Part shown: positions 48,713 to 58,615 of the stretch, piece by piece
Numbering within the stretch: the first letter of the stretch is position 1
How the letters are laid out: the number at the start of each line of letters is the position of its first letter
Origin: an uncultured Solirubrobacterales bacterium
GTDB lineage: Bacteria; Actinomycetota; Thermoleophilia; Solirubrobacterales; Solirubrobacteraceae
Direction of reading: 5' to 3'
Length of the DNA: 64,000 nt
NCBI GenBank assembly: GCA_963703065.1
Contig: OY969785.1
Coordinates: 2,014,116-2,078,115 of the forward strand
Notes under the pieces: model-generated
What the model was told of the DNA's origin: nothing
The model's input: only the letters and a program-made list of their open reading frames with translations
Databases searched by the model: none
Position numbers and translations under genes: made by a program

Positions 48713-49177
48713 ATGTCCTCTGCGCACATGCACACCAGCCACGGCACGATCGCGCTCGAGCTGTTCGACGCGGACGCCCCGAAGACCGTGGAGAACTTCC
48801 GCCGGCTCGCCGGCGAGGGTTTCTACGACGGCATCGTCTTCCACCGGGTGATCCCGGATTTCATGATCCAGGGCGGCTGTCCGGAGGGCACCGGCACAGG
48901 TGGTCCCGGGTACACGTTCGAGGACGAGATCAATCAGCGCAAGATCGTCCGTGGGGCTCTGGCGATGGCCAATGCCGGGCCGAACACGAACGGCTCCCAG
49001 TTCTTCATCGTCACCACTGACGCCGCACCCTGGCTGGACGGGAAGCACACGGTGTTCGGCCGGGTGAGCGACGGGATGGAGGCCGTCGATGCGATCGAGG
49101 CCTCGCCGACCGGTGCCCGCGACCGCCCGCTCGAGCCGGCGGTGATCGAGTCCATCGAGCTCGATCCGGCGCGGTAG
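48713..49177 (+). CDS. ppiA: Cyclophilin-type peptidyl-prolyl isomerase
   Basis: [38 protein letters not shown]. Confidence 0.95.
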   Translation: MSSAHMHTSHGTIALELFDADAPKTVENFRRLAGEGFYDGIVFHRVIPDFMIQGGCPEGTGTGGPGYTFEDEINQRKIVRGALAMANAGPNTNGSQFFIVTTDAAPWLDGKHTVFGRVSDGMEAVDAIEASPTGARDRPLEPAVIESIELDPAR

Positions 49178-49226
49178 CCTTCGTCCTCTACGAGCCGCCC
49201 CTCGGGCGCGAGCGAAGGAGAGGACG

Positions 49227-50771
49227 ATGGCCACTGTCGAGCAGCAGCCCGTGACCCCGACCAACGGCGCGGAAGCCTCCGGGATCCCGGTGGAGAATCC
49301 CGCCACCGGCGAGACGATCGCCACCGTCCCGCTCACCGAACCGACCGCCCTGGCCGAGATGGCGGCCCGCGGCCGCGCCGCGCAGCCCGCCTGGGACGCG
49401 CTCGGCTTCGCCGCACGCGGGCGGATCATGCGGCGGGCGCAGAAGTGGATGCTCGACAACGCCGACCGGGTGCTGCGGACGGTGGTGAGCGAGACCGGCA
49501 AGACGTTCGAGGATGCGCAGATCGCCGACCTCGGCTACACGGTGAGCGCGCTCGGCTTCTGGGCCAAGGAGGCACCGAAGTACCTGGCGGACGAGCGGGT
49601 GCCGTCGTGGAACAACCCCCTGGCGGCCGGGAAGAAGCTCGTCATCCGCTACGCGCCGGTGGGCCTCGTCGGCGTAATCGGACCGTGGAACTATCCGATC
49701 GCCAACTCGTTCGGTGACTGCATCCCGGCGCTCATGGCGGGCAACAGCGTCGTCCTGAAGCCGAGCGAGGTCACGCCCCTGTCGAGTCTGATGATGGCCG
49801 AGGGGATGCGGGAATGCGGGTTGCCGCCGGACGTCTTCCAGGTCGCCACCGGCGACGGCTCGACCGGCGCCGGGCTCATCGCCCAGGTCGACTGCGTCAT
49901 GTTCACCGGCTCGAGCCGGACCGGCCAAGCGGTGATGAAGGCGGCGGCCGACGCGCTCATCCCGTGCTACCTCGAGCTGGGCGGCAAGGACCCGATGATC
50001 GTCTGCGCCGACGCCGACATCGAGCGGGCGGCGAACGCTGCGGCGTTCTATTCGATGAACAACGGCGGCCAGGTGTGCATCTCGGTCGAGCGGGCGTACG
50101 TCGAGGCGCCGGTGTACGACGAGTTCGTCCGCCGGGTCACCGACAACGTGCGCGGGCTGCGCCAGGGTGCACCGCGGGCCGAGGGCGTGGTGGACGTCGG
50201 CGCGGTGACCTTCCCGCCGCAGATCGAGATCGTCGACGAGCACGTCCGAGACGCCATCGGCCGGGGTGCGCGTGCGCTCACCGGCGGCCACCGCCGGCCC
50301 GGCGCGGGTCGGTTCTACGAGCCGACCGTACTCGTCGATGTCGACCACTCGATGCGCTGCATGCGCGAGGAGACGTTCGGTCCCACCCTGCCGATCATGC
50401 GGATCGGCAGTCCCGAGGAGGGGGTGCGGTTGGCCAACGACTCGGAGTACGGGCTCCAGGCCAGCGTGTGGACGGGCGACACCGACCGCGGAGAGCAGCT
50501 GGCGCGTCAGATCCAGGCCGGGGTGGTGTGCGTCAACGACGCCCAGGTCAACTACACGGCGCTCAACCTCCCGATGGGCGGCTGGAAGGCCTCTGGGCTC
50601 GGCACCCGCCACGGGGCGATGGGCATCCGCAAGTACACCAAGGTCCAGTCGCTGCTCGTCACCCGCCGCGCGCTGAAGCGCGAGCCGTTCATGTTCCCCT
50701 ACCGCGCCCGGCAGACCCGCCTGCTGCGGCGGATGTTCCGCCTGCTGTACGGGCGAGGCCGGCGGGACTAG
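49227..50771 (+). CDS. Aldehyde dehydrogenase
   Basis: PWNYP, FTGS, LELGGK, GQVCIS, EETFGP. Confidence 0.95.
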   Translation: MATVEQQPVTPTNGAEASGIPVENPATGETIATVPLTEPTALAEMAARGRAAQPAWDALGFAARGRIMRRAQKWMLDNADRVLRTVVSETGKTFEDAQIADLGYTVSALGFWAKEAPKYLADERVPSWNNPLAAGKKLVIRYAPVGLVGVIGPWNYPIANSFGDCIPALMAGNSVVLKPSEVTPLSSLMMAEGMRECGLPPDVFQVATGDGSTGAGLIAQVDCVMFTGSSRTGQAVMKAAADALIPCYLELGGKDPMIVCADADIERAANAAAFYSMNNGGQVCISVERAYVEAPVYDEFVRRVTDNVRGLRQGAPRAEGVVDVGAVTFPPQIEIVDEHVRDAIGRGARALTGGHRRPGAGRFYEPTVLVDVDHSMRCMREETFGPTLPIMRIGSPEEGVRLANDSEYGLQASVWTGDTDRGEQLARQIQAGVVCVNDAQVNYTALNLPMGGWKASGLGTRHGAMGIRKYTKVQSLLVTRRALKREPFMFPYRARQTRLLRRMFRLLYGRGRRD

Positions 50772-50777
50772 GCGCCG

Positions 50778-51620
50778 CTGCTCGGTCTGGCGCTCGCCCT
50801 CGGCGCCTCGGCGTGTTGGGGGCTGGCGGACTTCGGTGGCGGCGTCCAGTCCCGCCGCGTGCCGGTGGCCTGGGTGGTGCTGCTCAGCCAGGCCTGCGGC
50901 CTGGCCGCGGTCGTGCTCCTGCTCGCGCTGCGGGGCGCCGGCCCGCCATCCCTGCACCGGCTGTGGCCGGCCCTCGGTGCCGGGGCGGTCGGCCTGGTCG
51001 GCCTCGGCGCCTTCTACCGCGCCTTGGCGGTGGGGACGATGAGCATCGTCGCGCCGATCGCGGCCTCCGGCATGGCCCTGCCGGTCCTCGTCGGGCTGGC
51101 CGGCGGCGAGCATCCGGGTCCGGTGCGGCTGCTCGGGATGCTCGCCACCGCGGTCGGGGTCGTCCTGGCCAGCCGCGAGCCGGCTCGGCCCGATCGTCCC
51201 GCGGCCCGCGCCGCGCGGAGGAGCGTCGGCCTCGCGCTGGTCGCGGCGCTCGGCTTCGGTGTGTTCGCCCTCGGGCTGCGCTCGAGTGCCCGAGCCGACG
51301 TCGGCTGGGCGCTGCTGGCCGCGCGGCTCGCCTGCCTGGTGCCGCTGGCCGTCGTCCTCGGCCGCCGCCGTCCCGGCCGGCCGAGTGGCCGGGGCCTCGG
51401 CGCGGTGGCGCTCGTCGGGCTGCTCGACGTCTCGGCGAACGGCCTATACGCTCTGGCCACCCGTCATGGCCTGCTCTCCGTCGTGGCCGTCGGCTCCTCG
51501 CTGTACCCGCTCGTCACGGTGCTCCTGGCTCGCCGGCTGCTCGGCGAGCGCGTGCGCCGCAGTCAGGAAGCGGGAGTGGTGGCGGCGCTGGCGGGCGTGG
51601 CGCTGATCGCCGCCGGCTGA
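50778..51620 (+). CDS. EamA/DMT family transporter (probable CTG start)
   Basis: Family-typical N-terminus LLGLALALGASACWGLADFGGG lies upstream of the ORF-track GTG at 50859; SSLYPLVTV. Confidence 0.82.
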   Translation: MLGLALALGASACWGLADFGGGVQSRRVPVAWVVLLSQACGLAAVVLLLALRGAGPPSLHRLWPALGAGAVGLVGLGAFYRALAVGTMSIVAPIAASGMALPVLVGLAGGEHPGPVRLLGMLATAVGVVLASREPARPDRPAARAARRSVGLALVAALGFGVFALGLRSSARADVGWALLAARLACLVPLAVVLGRRRPGRPSGRGLGAVALVGLLDVSANGLYALATRHGLLSVVAVGSSLYPLVTVLLARRLLGERVRRSQEAGVVAALAGVALIAAG

Positions 51621-51725
51621 TGAGCTACGGCTCGGCGGTCGTGCTCGCCGGCCTGCGGCTCGCGAGTGGCGCGAGTCCAGCTGGGTAAAGGGAGGCCCCG
51701 TCCCGCTTCCCCTCCAGGAGCTCCC

Positions 51726-52703
51726 ATGATCAGCCGTATCGACCGTCTTGGCGTCGCAATGCCGCCTCCGTCCGACCCCGACCCGAAGGGCGCCGCCATC
51801 GTCCAGGAGCTGATGGGCGGTCGTTTCGGCGAGATGTCGACGTTCATGAACTACACGTTCCAGTCGTTCAACTTCCGCGGGCGCCAGCAGGCCCGCCCGT
51901 TCTTCGACCTCATCGCCAACATCGCGGCCGAGGAGTTCGGCCACATCGAGCTTGTGGCCACCGCGATCAACACGATGCTCACCGGCGTCGCCGACCCCAG
52001 CGAGCTCGAGCCGCCGGGCGCACCGCTGTCGGCGGTCAAGGGATGGGGGGGCAACCCGCATCACTTCGTGGCCGGCGCCGGCGCACTGCCCCAGGATTCC
52101 CGCGGTCTGCCGTGGACCGGCGACAACGTCTTCTCCTCCGGCGACCTGATCGAGGACCTGACCCACAACTACTTCCTGGAGACCGGCGCGCGGAGCGGCA
52201 AGCTCCGCGTCTACGAGACGGTCGACCATCCGGCGGCGCGAGCCCTGACCGGCTACCTGCTGGTCCGGGGTGGCGTCCATCAGGTGGCCTACGCGCGGGC
52301 GGTCGAGCGGCTGACCGGCGCCGACCTGACCAAGCTGTTCCCCAGCCCGCGGATTCCCACCGACAAGATCCCGGAGTGCCAGCCGCACATCGCCCAGGAT
52401 CTGCACCGGACGCTGTACCGCTTCTCGACGACCGACTACCTGGAGCTCGCCGCGGTGTTCAACGGCCCGCATCCCGAGACCGGGGAAGAGCTCACGGTCG
52501 CGCAGGGCCCGCCGGAGGGAGCGCCGCCCCATGACCTCCCGCCCGAGCCGGCGGTGTTCGCGCCCGACCGCAACCCCGAGGAGGTCGCCGAGATCGCCCG
52601 ACGACTGCGCGAGGCGGCCGGCCTGTCGAGCGAGCCGAGCGGCAACGTGGCCAGCTCGCCGAACGGGATCGTGGAGAAGGTGGTGGACAAGCTCAGCGGC
52701 TGA
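51726..52703 (+). CDS. Manganese catalase family protein
   Basis: QELMGGRFGEMST, IAAEEFGHIE, RGGVHQ; AGGAG RBS. Confidence 0.9.
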   Translation: MISRIDRLGVAMPPPSDPDPKGAAIVQELMGGRFGEMSTFMNYTFQSFNFRGRQQARPFFDLIANIAAEEFGHIELVATAINTMLTGVADPSELEPPGAPLSAVKGWGGNPHHFVAGAGALPQDSRGLPWTGDNVFSSGDLIEDLTHNYFLETGARSGKLRVYETVDHPAARALTGYLLVRGGVHQVAYARAVERLTGADLTKLFPSPRIPTDKIPECQPHIAQDLHRTLYRFSTTDYLELAAVFNGPHPETGEELTVAQGPPEGAPPHDLPPEPAVFAPDRNPEEVAEIARRLREAAGLSSEPSGNVASSPNGIVEKVVDKLSG

Positions 52704-53130
52704 CGCACACCGGGATCCCCAGCGACCGCCAGGCCCCGTCCCCCAGCGTCTCGACCGGCGTCAGCCGGGACTGCAGGGCGCGCAGGGCGGTGGCCGGGTC
52801 GCTGCCGTGAACGATTGCCGCCCGCGCCCGGCGCACGAGCTCGATCGAGCTCTCGAGCGCACCAGTGGCCGTTCGGTAGGCGCTTGCCTGCGGGGCCCCC
52901 GGCGTCAGGGTGCGCAGACTGGCGAGCTCGCCGCTCAGCACTCCGCTGCCCACCGTGAGGAAGCGCAGCGTGCCCGCCGGGCCCGCCGGGGTGGGAATGC
53001 GCCCGGTGCGCCGCGCCGCCGTCTGGCAGATCGCGCTCGCCTGGGTGCGCAGATCGTGCAGCGACAGCGTCGTGCCGCCGCACCCCGAAATCGCCGCGGC
53101 GGCCAGCCCGGCGACGATGGCACGCCTCAT
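52693..53130 (-). CDS. Hypothetical lipoprotein
   Basis: MRRAIVAGLAAAAISG|C lipobox; Cys pair; ATGA overlap with the HAD gene. Confidence 0.75.
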   Translation of the reverse strand: MRRAIVAGLAAAAISGCGGTTLSLHDLRTQASAICQTAARRTGRIPTPAGPAGTLRFLTVGSGVLSGELASLRTLTPGAPQASAYRTATGALESSIELVRRARAAIVHGSDPATALRALQSRLTPVETLGDGAWRSLGIPVCVSR

Positions 53131-53739
53131 CTCAGGGAGACGTCGAAGATCGCCTCCAGCTCCTGCACCGTCCGCTCCGGGTCGGTGTGGTGGACGGTGG
53201 CCATCCCCAGCTCCGCGGCCGGAGCCAGGTTGAATGGCAGGTCGTCCACGAACACGCACGCCTCCGGGCTCAGGCCGACCTGCTCGGCGCCCATCCGGTA
53301 CATCTCGGGCGCGGGCTTTCGCATCCCCACATCGCCGGAGATGACGACGCCGTCGAACAGCTCGGCCAGCCGCTCGCGGTCGTAGCGCCGGGTGCCCCAC
53401 GAGTTCGAGATGAGCCCGGTGCGGATGCCCTGGGCTCGGGCACTGAGCACCGCGGCGAGCATCACCGGCTCCGGGCTCGAGCCGGCGAACAGCCGGTCGA
53501 TCAGGTGACTGGGGTTGACGTTCAGGATCGTGGCCAGCTGGGACTCGAACTCGGGCTCGGGCAGCCGGCCCTCCTCCAGCGCGATCAGCGCCTCCCGGGC
53601 CTGCGGATCGGTGCGAAACCGGCGGCCGAGCTCGCCGGGGTCCAAGCCCTCGGCGCGCGCAGAACGCGGCGAACGAGTCGAACAGGTTCGTGGTCAGCAC
53701 GCCGCCGTAGTCGACGAGCAGGCCGGTTCTAGAACCCAT
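53127..53739 (-). pseudogene. HAD-family phosphatase with a +1 frameshift near 53655 (possibly an assembly error)
   Basis: Motif I (LLVDYGGVL) is in a different frame from ISN, RKP and FVDD. Confidence 0.8.
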
Positions 53740-54806
53740 GCCGCGTGACGTCGAGTGCCCGGCGGGCGAGCTCGACGACCCCCTCGCCGAACGTCTTGAG
53801 GTAGGGGTCGTCGGTCGCCCCGGACACCGCTCGCTTGTAGTTGCCCTCCATGAACACGGTGCCCTTCCACAACGCCAGCGCCACGTACCAGTCGAGGTTC
53901 TGCACGTCGCGCCCCGAACGCTCCTCGTAGCGGGCGACGAGCTCCTGCCGCGTCGGAAAGCCCTCGAGCGTCGTCACGCTCTGGAGGTTGAACCGCCCGA
54001 CCGCGTCTCCGGCCTCGATCCAGTGGATCATCATGTAGCCGACGTCGGCCAGCGGATCCCCGATCGTCGCCATCTCCCAGTCGAGGATCGCCCGCAGCTC
54101 GGCCGGCGCGGTGTCGGCGAAGATCGTGTTGCCGAGCCGGTAGTCGCCATGGACGATCGTGGCCGGCGGCGACTCCGGGAGGTGGTCGGCCAGCCACCGC
54201 CCGACCTGCTCGACCTCCGGTACCTCGCGCGTGCGGTTGTGCTCCCACAGGCCGGTGAACCGTCGCAGCTGGCGCTCCAGGTAGCCGGTCGGCTTGCCGA
54301 AGTCCGACAGGCCGACCGCGTCGGGATCCACCGCGTGCAGCTCGACCAGGCCGTCGACCAGCCCATCGGCCGTCCGGGCTCGCTCCGCCGGGGTGTCGAG
54401 CGCCGGTGGCATCACTGCGGTGATCACCTCGCCGGCGACGTGCTCCATGACGTAGAACGGGGCGCCGATCAGCCCCGGGTCGTCGCACACCGCGAGCACC
54501 CGGGGGGTGCGGACGGCGGTCGGCTCGAGCGCCCGCAGCAGTCGCGCCTCACGCAGGACGTCGTGGGCGCTCGGCGGCAGCGGCCCACGCGGCGGCCGGC
54601 GGAGCACGACGCCGGTGGACAGGCTGAACGTGACGTTCGAGTGGCCGTCGCCGATCGGCATCACCTGGAGGTCGTCCGGGGCCTCCAGGCCTGCGGCGGC
54701 CAGGAAGCCGAGCAGCGGGTCGAGCACGAGCAGCGGCTGGCGCTGGTTGGCCGCCCCCTCGCTGGTGTGTGCGAACGATGTCGTCGGGGGCGAGCGGGAC
54801 GGTCAT
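53729..54806 (-). CDS. Phosphotransferase (APH/ACAD10-like) family protein with an apparent +1 frameshift near 54760
   Basis: GHSN, HDVLRE, HGDYRLGN, LDWE; ATG 54806 is one base out of frame with the body. Confidence 0.85.
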
Positions 54807-54883
54807 GCGGACGCGGAGCCTACCGTCCTCCGTCCGCCCCTCCGCCTGTCGCCCGCTGGGTCGCCGCCGCCCGCCCCCGCACT

Positions 54884-54988
54884 AAAACTCGACTTGCGCC
54901 CCGCCTTGGGCCCGCGGGGTCGAATCTTGGTGCTGTGACCACCGCTATCCGACTCGCTGCACCGCGCCGCGCCGTGAAGTCGACTTTT
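54884..54988. repeat. Degenerate nested inverted repeat (REP/MITE-like)
   Basis: AAAACTCGACTT / AAGTCGACTTTT outer arms (11/12 complementary) with inner GGGTCGAAT / ATCCGACTC arms. Confidence 0.45.
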
Positions 54989-55027
54989 GCCCGCGAGGGG
55001 TCGCCACAACTACCCTCGAGGGTGAGG

Positions 55028-55873
55028 ATGCCCGAGCTGCCCGAGGTCGAGATCACCGCCCGCCGGATCGGGGCCGCGGTGGCCGGTGCCACGGTCGAGT
55101 CGACGCTGGCGCCGGGCATCAACGCGCTGAAGACGTTCGATCCGCCGCTCCACGCCCTCGACGGCCTGGCGATCGACGGCGTCGAGCGCCGGGGGAAGCT
55201 GTTCCTCGTCCGGGTGGATGAGCTCGTCGCGCTCATCCACCTCATGTCCGCCGGCCGGCTCCAGCTCTACGACACCCGGGCCTCGCTGCGCGACCGGGCC
55301 TCCCGCCTGCTCGTGCGCCTGACCGACGGGCGTGAGCTCCGCCTGCGCGAGTTCGGCACTCGGCAGCGCGCCTGGGTCAAGCTGCTCCGCGCGCCCGACC
55401 TCGAGTCCGAGGAGACGCTCGCCGCGCTCGGGCCGGAGGCGTGGCCCGACCCGCCGCCCGATTTCGCCGCGCTGCTCGACCAGCCCCGCCCGCTCCACGG
55501 CCTGCTCCGCGACCAGCACGTGATCGCCGGCATCGGCCGATCGTGGGTCGACGAGATCCTCCACGCCGCACAGCTCTCACCGTTCAAGCGGGGCAGCGAT
55601 CTCGATCCGGACGAGGCGCGCACGCTGCGCACCGCCACGATCGAGACCCTAGAACGCGCGCTCGACCACTACGAGCAGGCGGTCCACCTGCCGATCCCGG
55701 ACAAGTTGCCGCTCCCCCTGACCGTCCACCGCCACCAGGGCGAGCCGTGCCCGCGCTGCTGCGACCGGCTCGAGGCGGTGTTCTACGAGGACTACGTGAT
55801 GGGGTACTGCCCGGCCTGCCAGACCGACGGGAAGCTCCTCAAGGACCGTCGCCTGAGCCGGCTCCTGAAATAA
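55028..55873 (+). CDS. Fpg/Nei family DNA glycosylase
   Basis: MPELPEVE, RRGK, HLM, H2TH (IAGIG...DEIL), CPRC...CPACQ zinc finger. Confidence 0.93.
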   Translation: MPELPEVEITARRIGAAVAGATVESTLAPGINALKTFDPPLHALDGLAIDGVERRGKLFLVRVDELVALIHLMSAGRLQLYDTRASLRDRASRLLVRLTDGRELRLREFGTRQRAWVKLLRAPDLESEETLAALGPEAWPDPPPDFAALLDQPRPLHGLLRDQHVIAGIGRSWVDEILHAAQLSPFKRGSDLDPDEARTLRTATIETLERALDHYEQAVHLPIPDKLPLPLTVHRHQGEPCPRCCDRLEAVFYEDYVMGYCPACQTDGKLLKDRRLSRLLK

Positions 55874-55876
55874 GGT

Positions 55877-57430
55877 TTGCATAATCATGGGTCGGGGCGT
55901 AGCGTCGGCACCGTGACGGCTCGCCGAGGGTCCCGGCGTGTGTTGCGCCGGCTGCTCCTGATCTCAGGTGCAGTTTGCGTCGCACTGACGTTGGCCGCTT
56001 GCGCGGCCAAGACGACCGGCACCACGAAGGTGACGGACGGGTCGGCCACGCTCCACGCCTCGGGCAGCTGCGACCTGGGCCAGCACTGCACCTGGTACTG
56101 GCAGTACTGGCCGGCGAGCGGGCCACGGTCCGCCGCCACCACGACGCCGGTGCAGGGACCGGTCACCGGTCCGGCGAGCTACGGCGACCTGACGACGACC
56201 GTCACCGGGCTCGCCCCCGCCACCGCGTACCGCTGGGTGTTCTGCGCCTCACCCAACGACGGCGGGATCTACGCGTGCGCCGGGCCGACCGGCACGTTCG
56301 ACAGCACGACCGCCGATCCACCGGCGGACTATGCGACCTTCACCACGCTGACCCAACGGACGCTGGCCGAGCGGTCGATATCCGGCGGACGCTGGACGGT
56401 GCAGCGCACCGCGAATCCGTCTGCAGCTTCGCTCAGCCGGCTGTCGGGGATCTCCTGTGATCCCGGATCGGGCGGCGCGTCGCCGCCCGCGCTGTGCACC
56501 GCCGTCGGCAACTACACCGACAGTGCCGGAACCAGCTACGAGCTCGCCGAGAGCTACGACGGCACGAGCTGGACGCCCCAGTCGCTGCCCAGCCCGGAGA
56601 ACGGGTCGCTGACCGCCGTCTCCTGCAGCTCGCAGACGCCGCCGGCCTGCACCGCAGTCGGATCCGATACTGACGTCTCCCGCCCCCCGCTGCTGGCCGT
56701 GCGGTGGAACGGCACCTCCTGGACCGATCAGGCACTCGCGCCGTCGGGGGGCTTCGCCAGCGTCCTGTTGGGCGTGTCGTGTCCCACGGCCACGATGTGC
56801 CTGGCCGTGGGGTCCGAGCTCGCCTCCCCGCACATCGACGAGCCGCTGGCAGAGCTGTGGAACGGAACGGACTGGACCCTCCTGAGCCCGCCGAACCTCG
56901 GCGATCAGGACTTCTTCTCTGCCGTGTCCTGCGTGAGCGCGACCGCCTGCACCGCCGTCGGCGGGTCGGCATCGCCGCCGGTGGTGGCGGCGAGCTGGAA
57001 CGGGAGCACCTGGAGCGCCGAATCGGTCCCCGTGCCGAGCGGAGCGCAGGGCGCCGAGTTCAGCGGCCTGTCATGCACGTCGGCCAGCGCGTGCACAGCC
57101 GTCGGCAGTTATTCCCCCAGCAGCGGCCCGGAGCAGACGCTGGCGGAGCGCTGGAACGGGACGGCGTGGGCGATCCAGCCGACGCCGAATCCGGTCGGCG
57201 CCACCTTCAGCTCGCTGATCGGGGCGTCGTGCACCTCGGGCACGTCCTGCTCGGCTGTCGGGACCTCAGCCGACTCGAGTGGCACCCGCGCGACGCTGGC
57301 GGAGAGCTGGAACGGCACAACCTGGACGATCGTGCCGTCGGCCAGTCCGCTGCGCCGGGTGAACGACGAGCTGCTCGGGGTCTCCTGCCTCGCCGCGCCG
57401 GACGTGTGCGAGGCGGTCGGTACGCGCTAG
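55877..57430 (+). CDS. Secreted/lipoprotein with FN3-like domain and seven Cys-paired repeats (probable beta-propeller)
   Basis: LAAC lipobox-like; repeats VSC...C.AVG...LAExWNGTxW; start uncertain. Confidence 0.8.
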   Translation: MHNHGSGRSVGTVTARRGSRRVLRRLLLISGAVCVALTLAACAAKTTGTTKVTDGSATLHASGSCDLGQHCTWYWQYWPASGPRSAATTTPVQGPVTGPASYGDLTTTVTGLAPATAYRWVFCASPNDGGIYACAGPTGTFDSTTADPPADYATFTTLTQRTLAERSISGGRWTVQRTANPSAASLSRLSGISCDPGSGGASPPALCTAVGNYTDSAGTSYELAESYDGTSWTPQSLPSPENGSLTAVSCSSQTPPACTAVGSDTDVSRPPLLAVRWNGTSWTDQALAPSGGFASVLLGVSCPTATMCLAVGSELASPHIDEPLAELWNGTDWTLLSPPNLGDQDFFSAVSCVSATACTAVGGSASPPVVAASWNGSTWSAESVPVPSGAQGAEFSGLSCTSASACTAVGSYSPSSGPEQTLAERWNGTAWAIQPTPNPVGATFSSLIGASCTSGTSCSAVGTSADSSGTRATLAESWNGTTWTIVPSASPLRRVNDELLGVSCLAAPDVCEAVGTR

Positions 57431-57502
57431 CGCCGGCGGTGAGCAACTCCCGGTGGTCCAGACGCGGTGGGTGGCGGGCGGCAGGCGGGTAGCCTCCGCA
57501 AC

Positions 57503-57955
57503 GTGCTCGAGCCCGGCGACGCCGCCCCCGACTTCACCCTGCCCGATCAGACCGGCACCGACGTCAAGCTCTCGGCGTTGCATGGCCAGCCGGTCGTCGT
57601 CTACTTCTACCCCAAGGCGGACACCCCGGGCTGCACGACGCAGGCCTGTGGCGTGCGCGACCACGCCGCCGACTATGACGCGGCGGGCGTCACGGTGCTC
57701 GGCGTCTCACCCGATCCGGTGGCGAAGATCGCAACGTTCGCGGCCAAGCACAATCTGAGCTTCCCGCTCCTGTCCGACGAGGACCACTCGGTGGCCGAGG
57801 CCTACGGCGTGTGGGTGGAGAAGTCGATGTACGGGCGGACGTACATGGGCAACGAGCGCACGACGTTCGTCATCGACCCCGAGGGCACGATTCGGGAGAT
57901 CCTCCGGCAGGTGAAGCCGGCCGAGCACGACGAGCGCGTACTCGCCGCTCTGTGA
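57503..57955 (+). CDS. bcp: Thioredoxin-dependent peroxiredoxin (BCP)
   Basis: YFYPKADTPGCTTQAC. Confidence 0.95.
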   Translation: MLEPGDAAPDFTLPDQTGTDVKLSALHGQPVVVYFYPKADTPGCTTQACGVRDHAADYDAAGVTVLGVSPDPVAKIATFAAKHNLSFPLLSDEDHSVAEAYGVWVEKSMYGRTYMGNERTTFVIDPEGTIREILRQVKPAEHDERVLAAL

Positions 57956-58332
57956 TGCCCGAGTACCCGTTCGCCGCCGCCGTCGAGGCGGGAGACGTGG
58001 AGGGGGCTATCGCCCTGCTCGCGGACGACGTCGTCTTCCGCAGCCCCGTTGTCCACCGTCCCTACCAGGGCCGTGGGCCGGTCGGGACCCTGCTGCGCGC
58101 GGTGTTCGAGGTGTTCGAGGACTTCCGCTACGTCCGCACGATCGGTGACGCGCGGGACCATGCGCTCGTCTTCCGCACGCGGGTCGGAGACCGGGAGATC
58201 GAGGGCTGCGACTTCCTGACGCTCGGCGAGGACGGTCTGATCCGCGAGTTCGCGGTCATGGTCCGCCCGCTGTCCGGTGCCCTCGCGCTCGCCGAGGCGA
58301 TGCGCGCGAAGCTCGTCGCGGCCGAGAGCTGA
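57955..58332 (+). CDS. NTF2/SnoaL-like protein
   Basis: DDVVFRSPV...VMVRPLS; TGATG overlap with bcp. Confidence 0.88.
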   Translation: MPEYPFAAAVEAGDVEGAIALLADDVVFRSPVVHRPYQGRGPVGTLLRAVFEVFEDFRYVRTIGDARDHALVFRTRVGDREIEGCDFLTLGEDGLIREFAVMVRPLSGALALAEAMRAKLVAAES

Positions 58333-58335
58333 GCG

Positions 58336-58611
58336 CTACTGGAGACCCTCGCGCGCTTCGCGCACGAGGGTGACGGCCTCGGGGAACACCCGCGCCATCA
58401 CCGTGCGCAGCTGGTCGGCCTGCTGCTCGGTGGTGCCCTGGATGTTCGCCCGGTTCATCGCCGCCACGGTCAGATCGACGGCGAGCTTGATGGCGTTGTC
58501 GGCCCAGGCCAGGCGCTGGGCGCCCTGCATCTGCTCGGCGAACTCCCCGAGTCGTCGCTGCAGATCCTCCGGATCACCGAACGGGAACCCGAATCCGCCG
58601 CTGCCTTCCAT
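58336..58611 (-). CDS. Hypothetical protein (91 aa)
   Basis: Natural composition; TACGAT -10 lies 7 nt before the ATG. Confidence 0.75.
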   Translation of the reverse strand: MEGSGGFGFPFGDPEDLQRRLGEFAEQMQGAQRLAWADNAIKLAVDLTVAAMNRANIQGTTEQQADQLRTVMARVFPEAVTLVREAREGLQ

Positions 58612-58615
58612 GCCG

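Noticed and set aside
49227-51620. Pyrrolysine or amber-readthrough fusion of ALDH and EamA
   Set aside because: No pyl genes or supporting element are visible, and a CTG start or base error is simpler.
52693-53739. 348-aa ORF as a HAD-lipoprotein fusion
   Set aside because: It is a by-product of the +1 frameshift in the HAD gene. The lipoprotein has its own ATG at 53130 overlapping the HAD stop.
53738-55873. 711-aa ORF apparently extending Fpg/Nei at the N-terminus
   Set aside because: Fpg/Nei needs an N-terminal Pro (MPELPEV at 55028). The extension is antisense to the phosphotransferase gene.
56400-57420. Recurrent TGGAACGG DNA repeats as a possible CRISPR or tandem array
   Set aside because: They encode the WNG motif of the protein repeats and are short and degenerate, with no constant 23-47 bp repeat and no cas genes.
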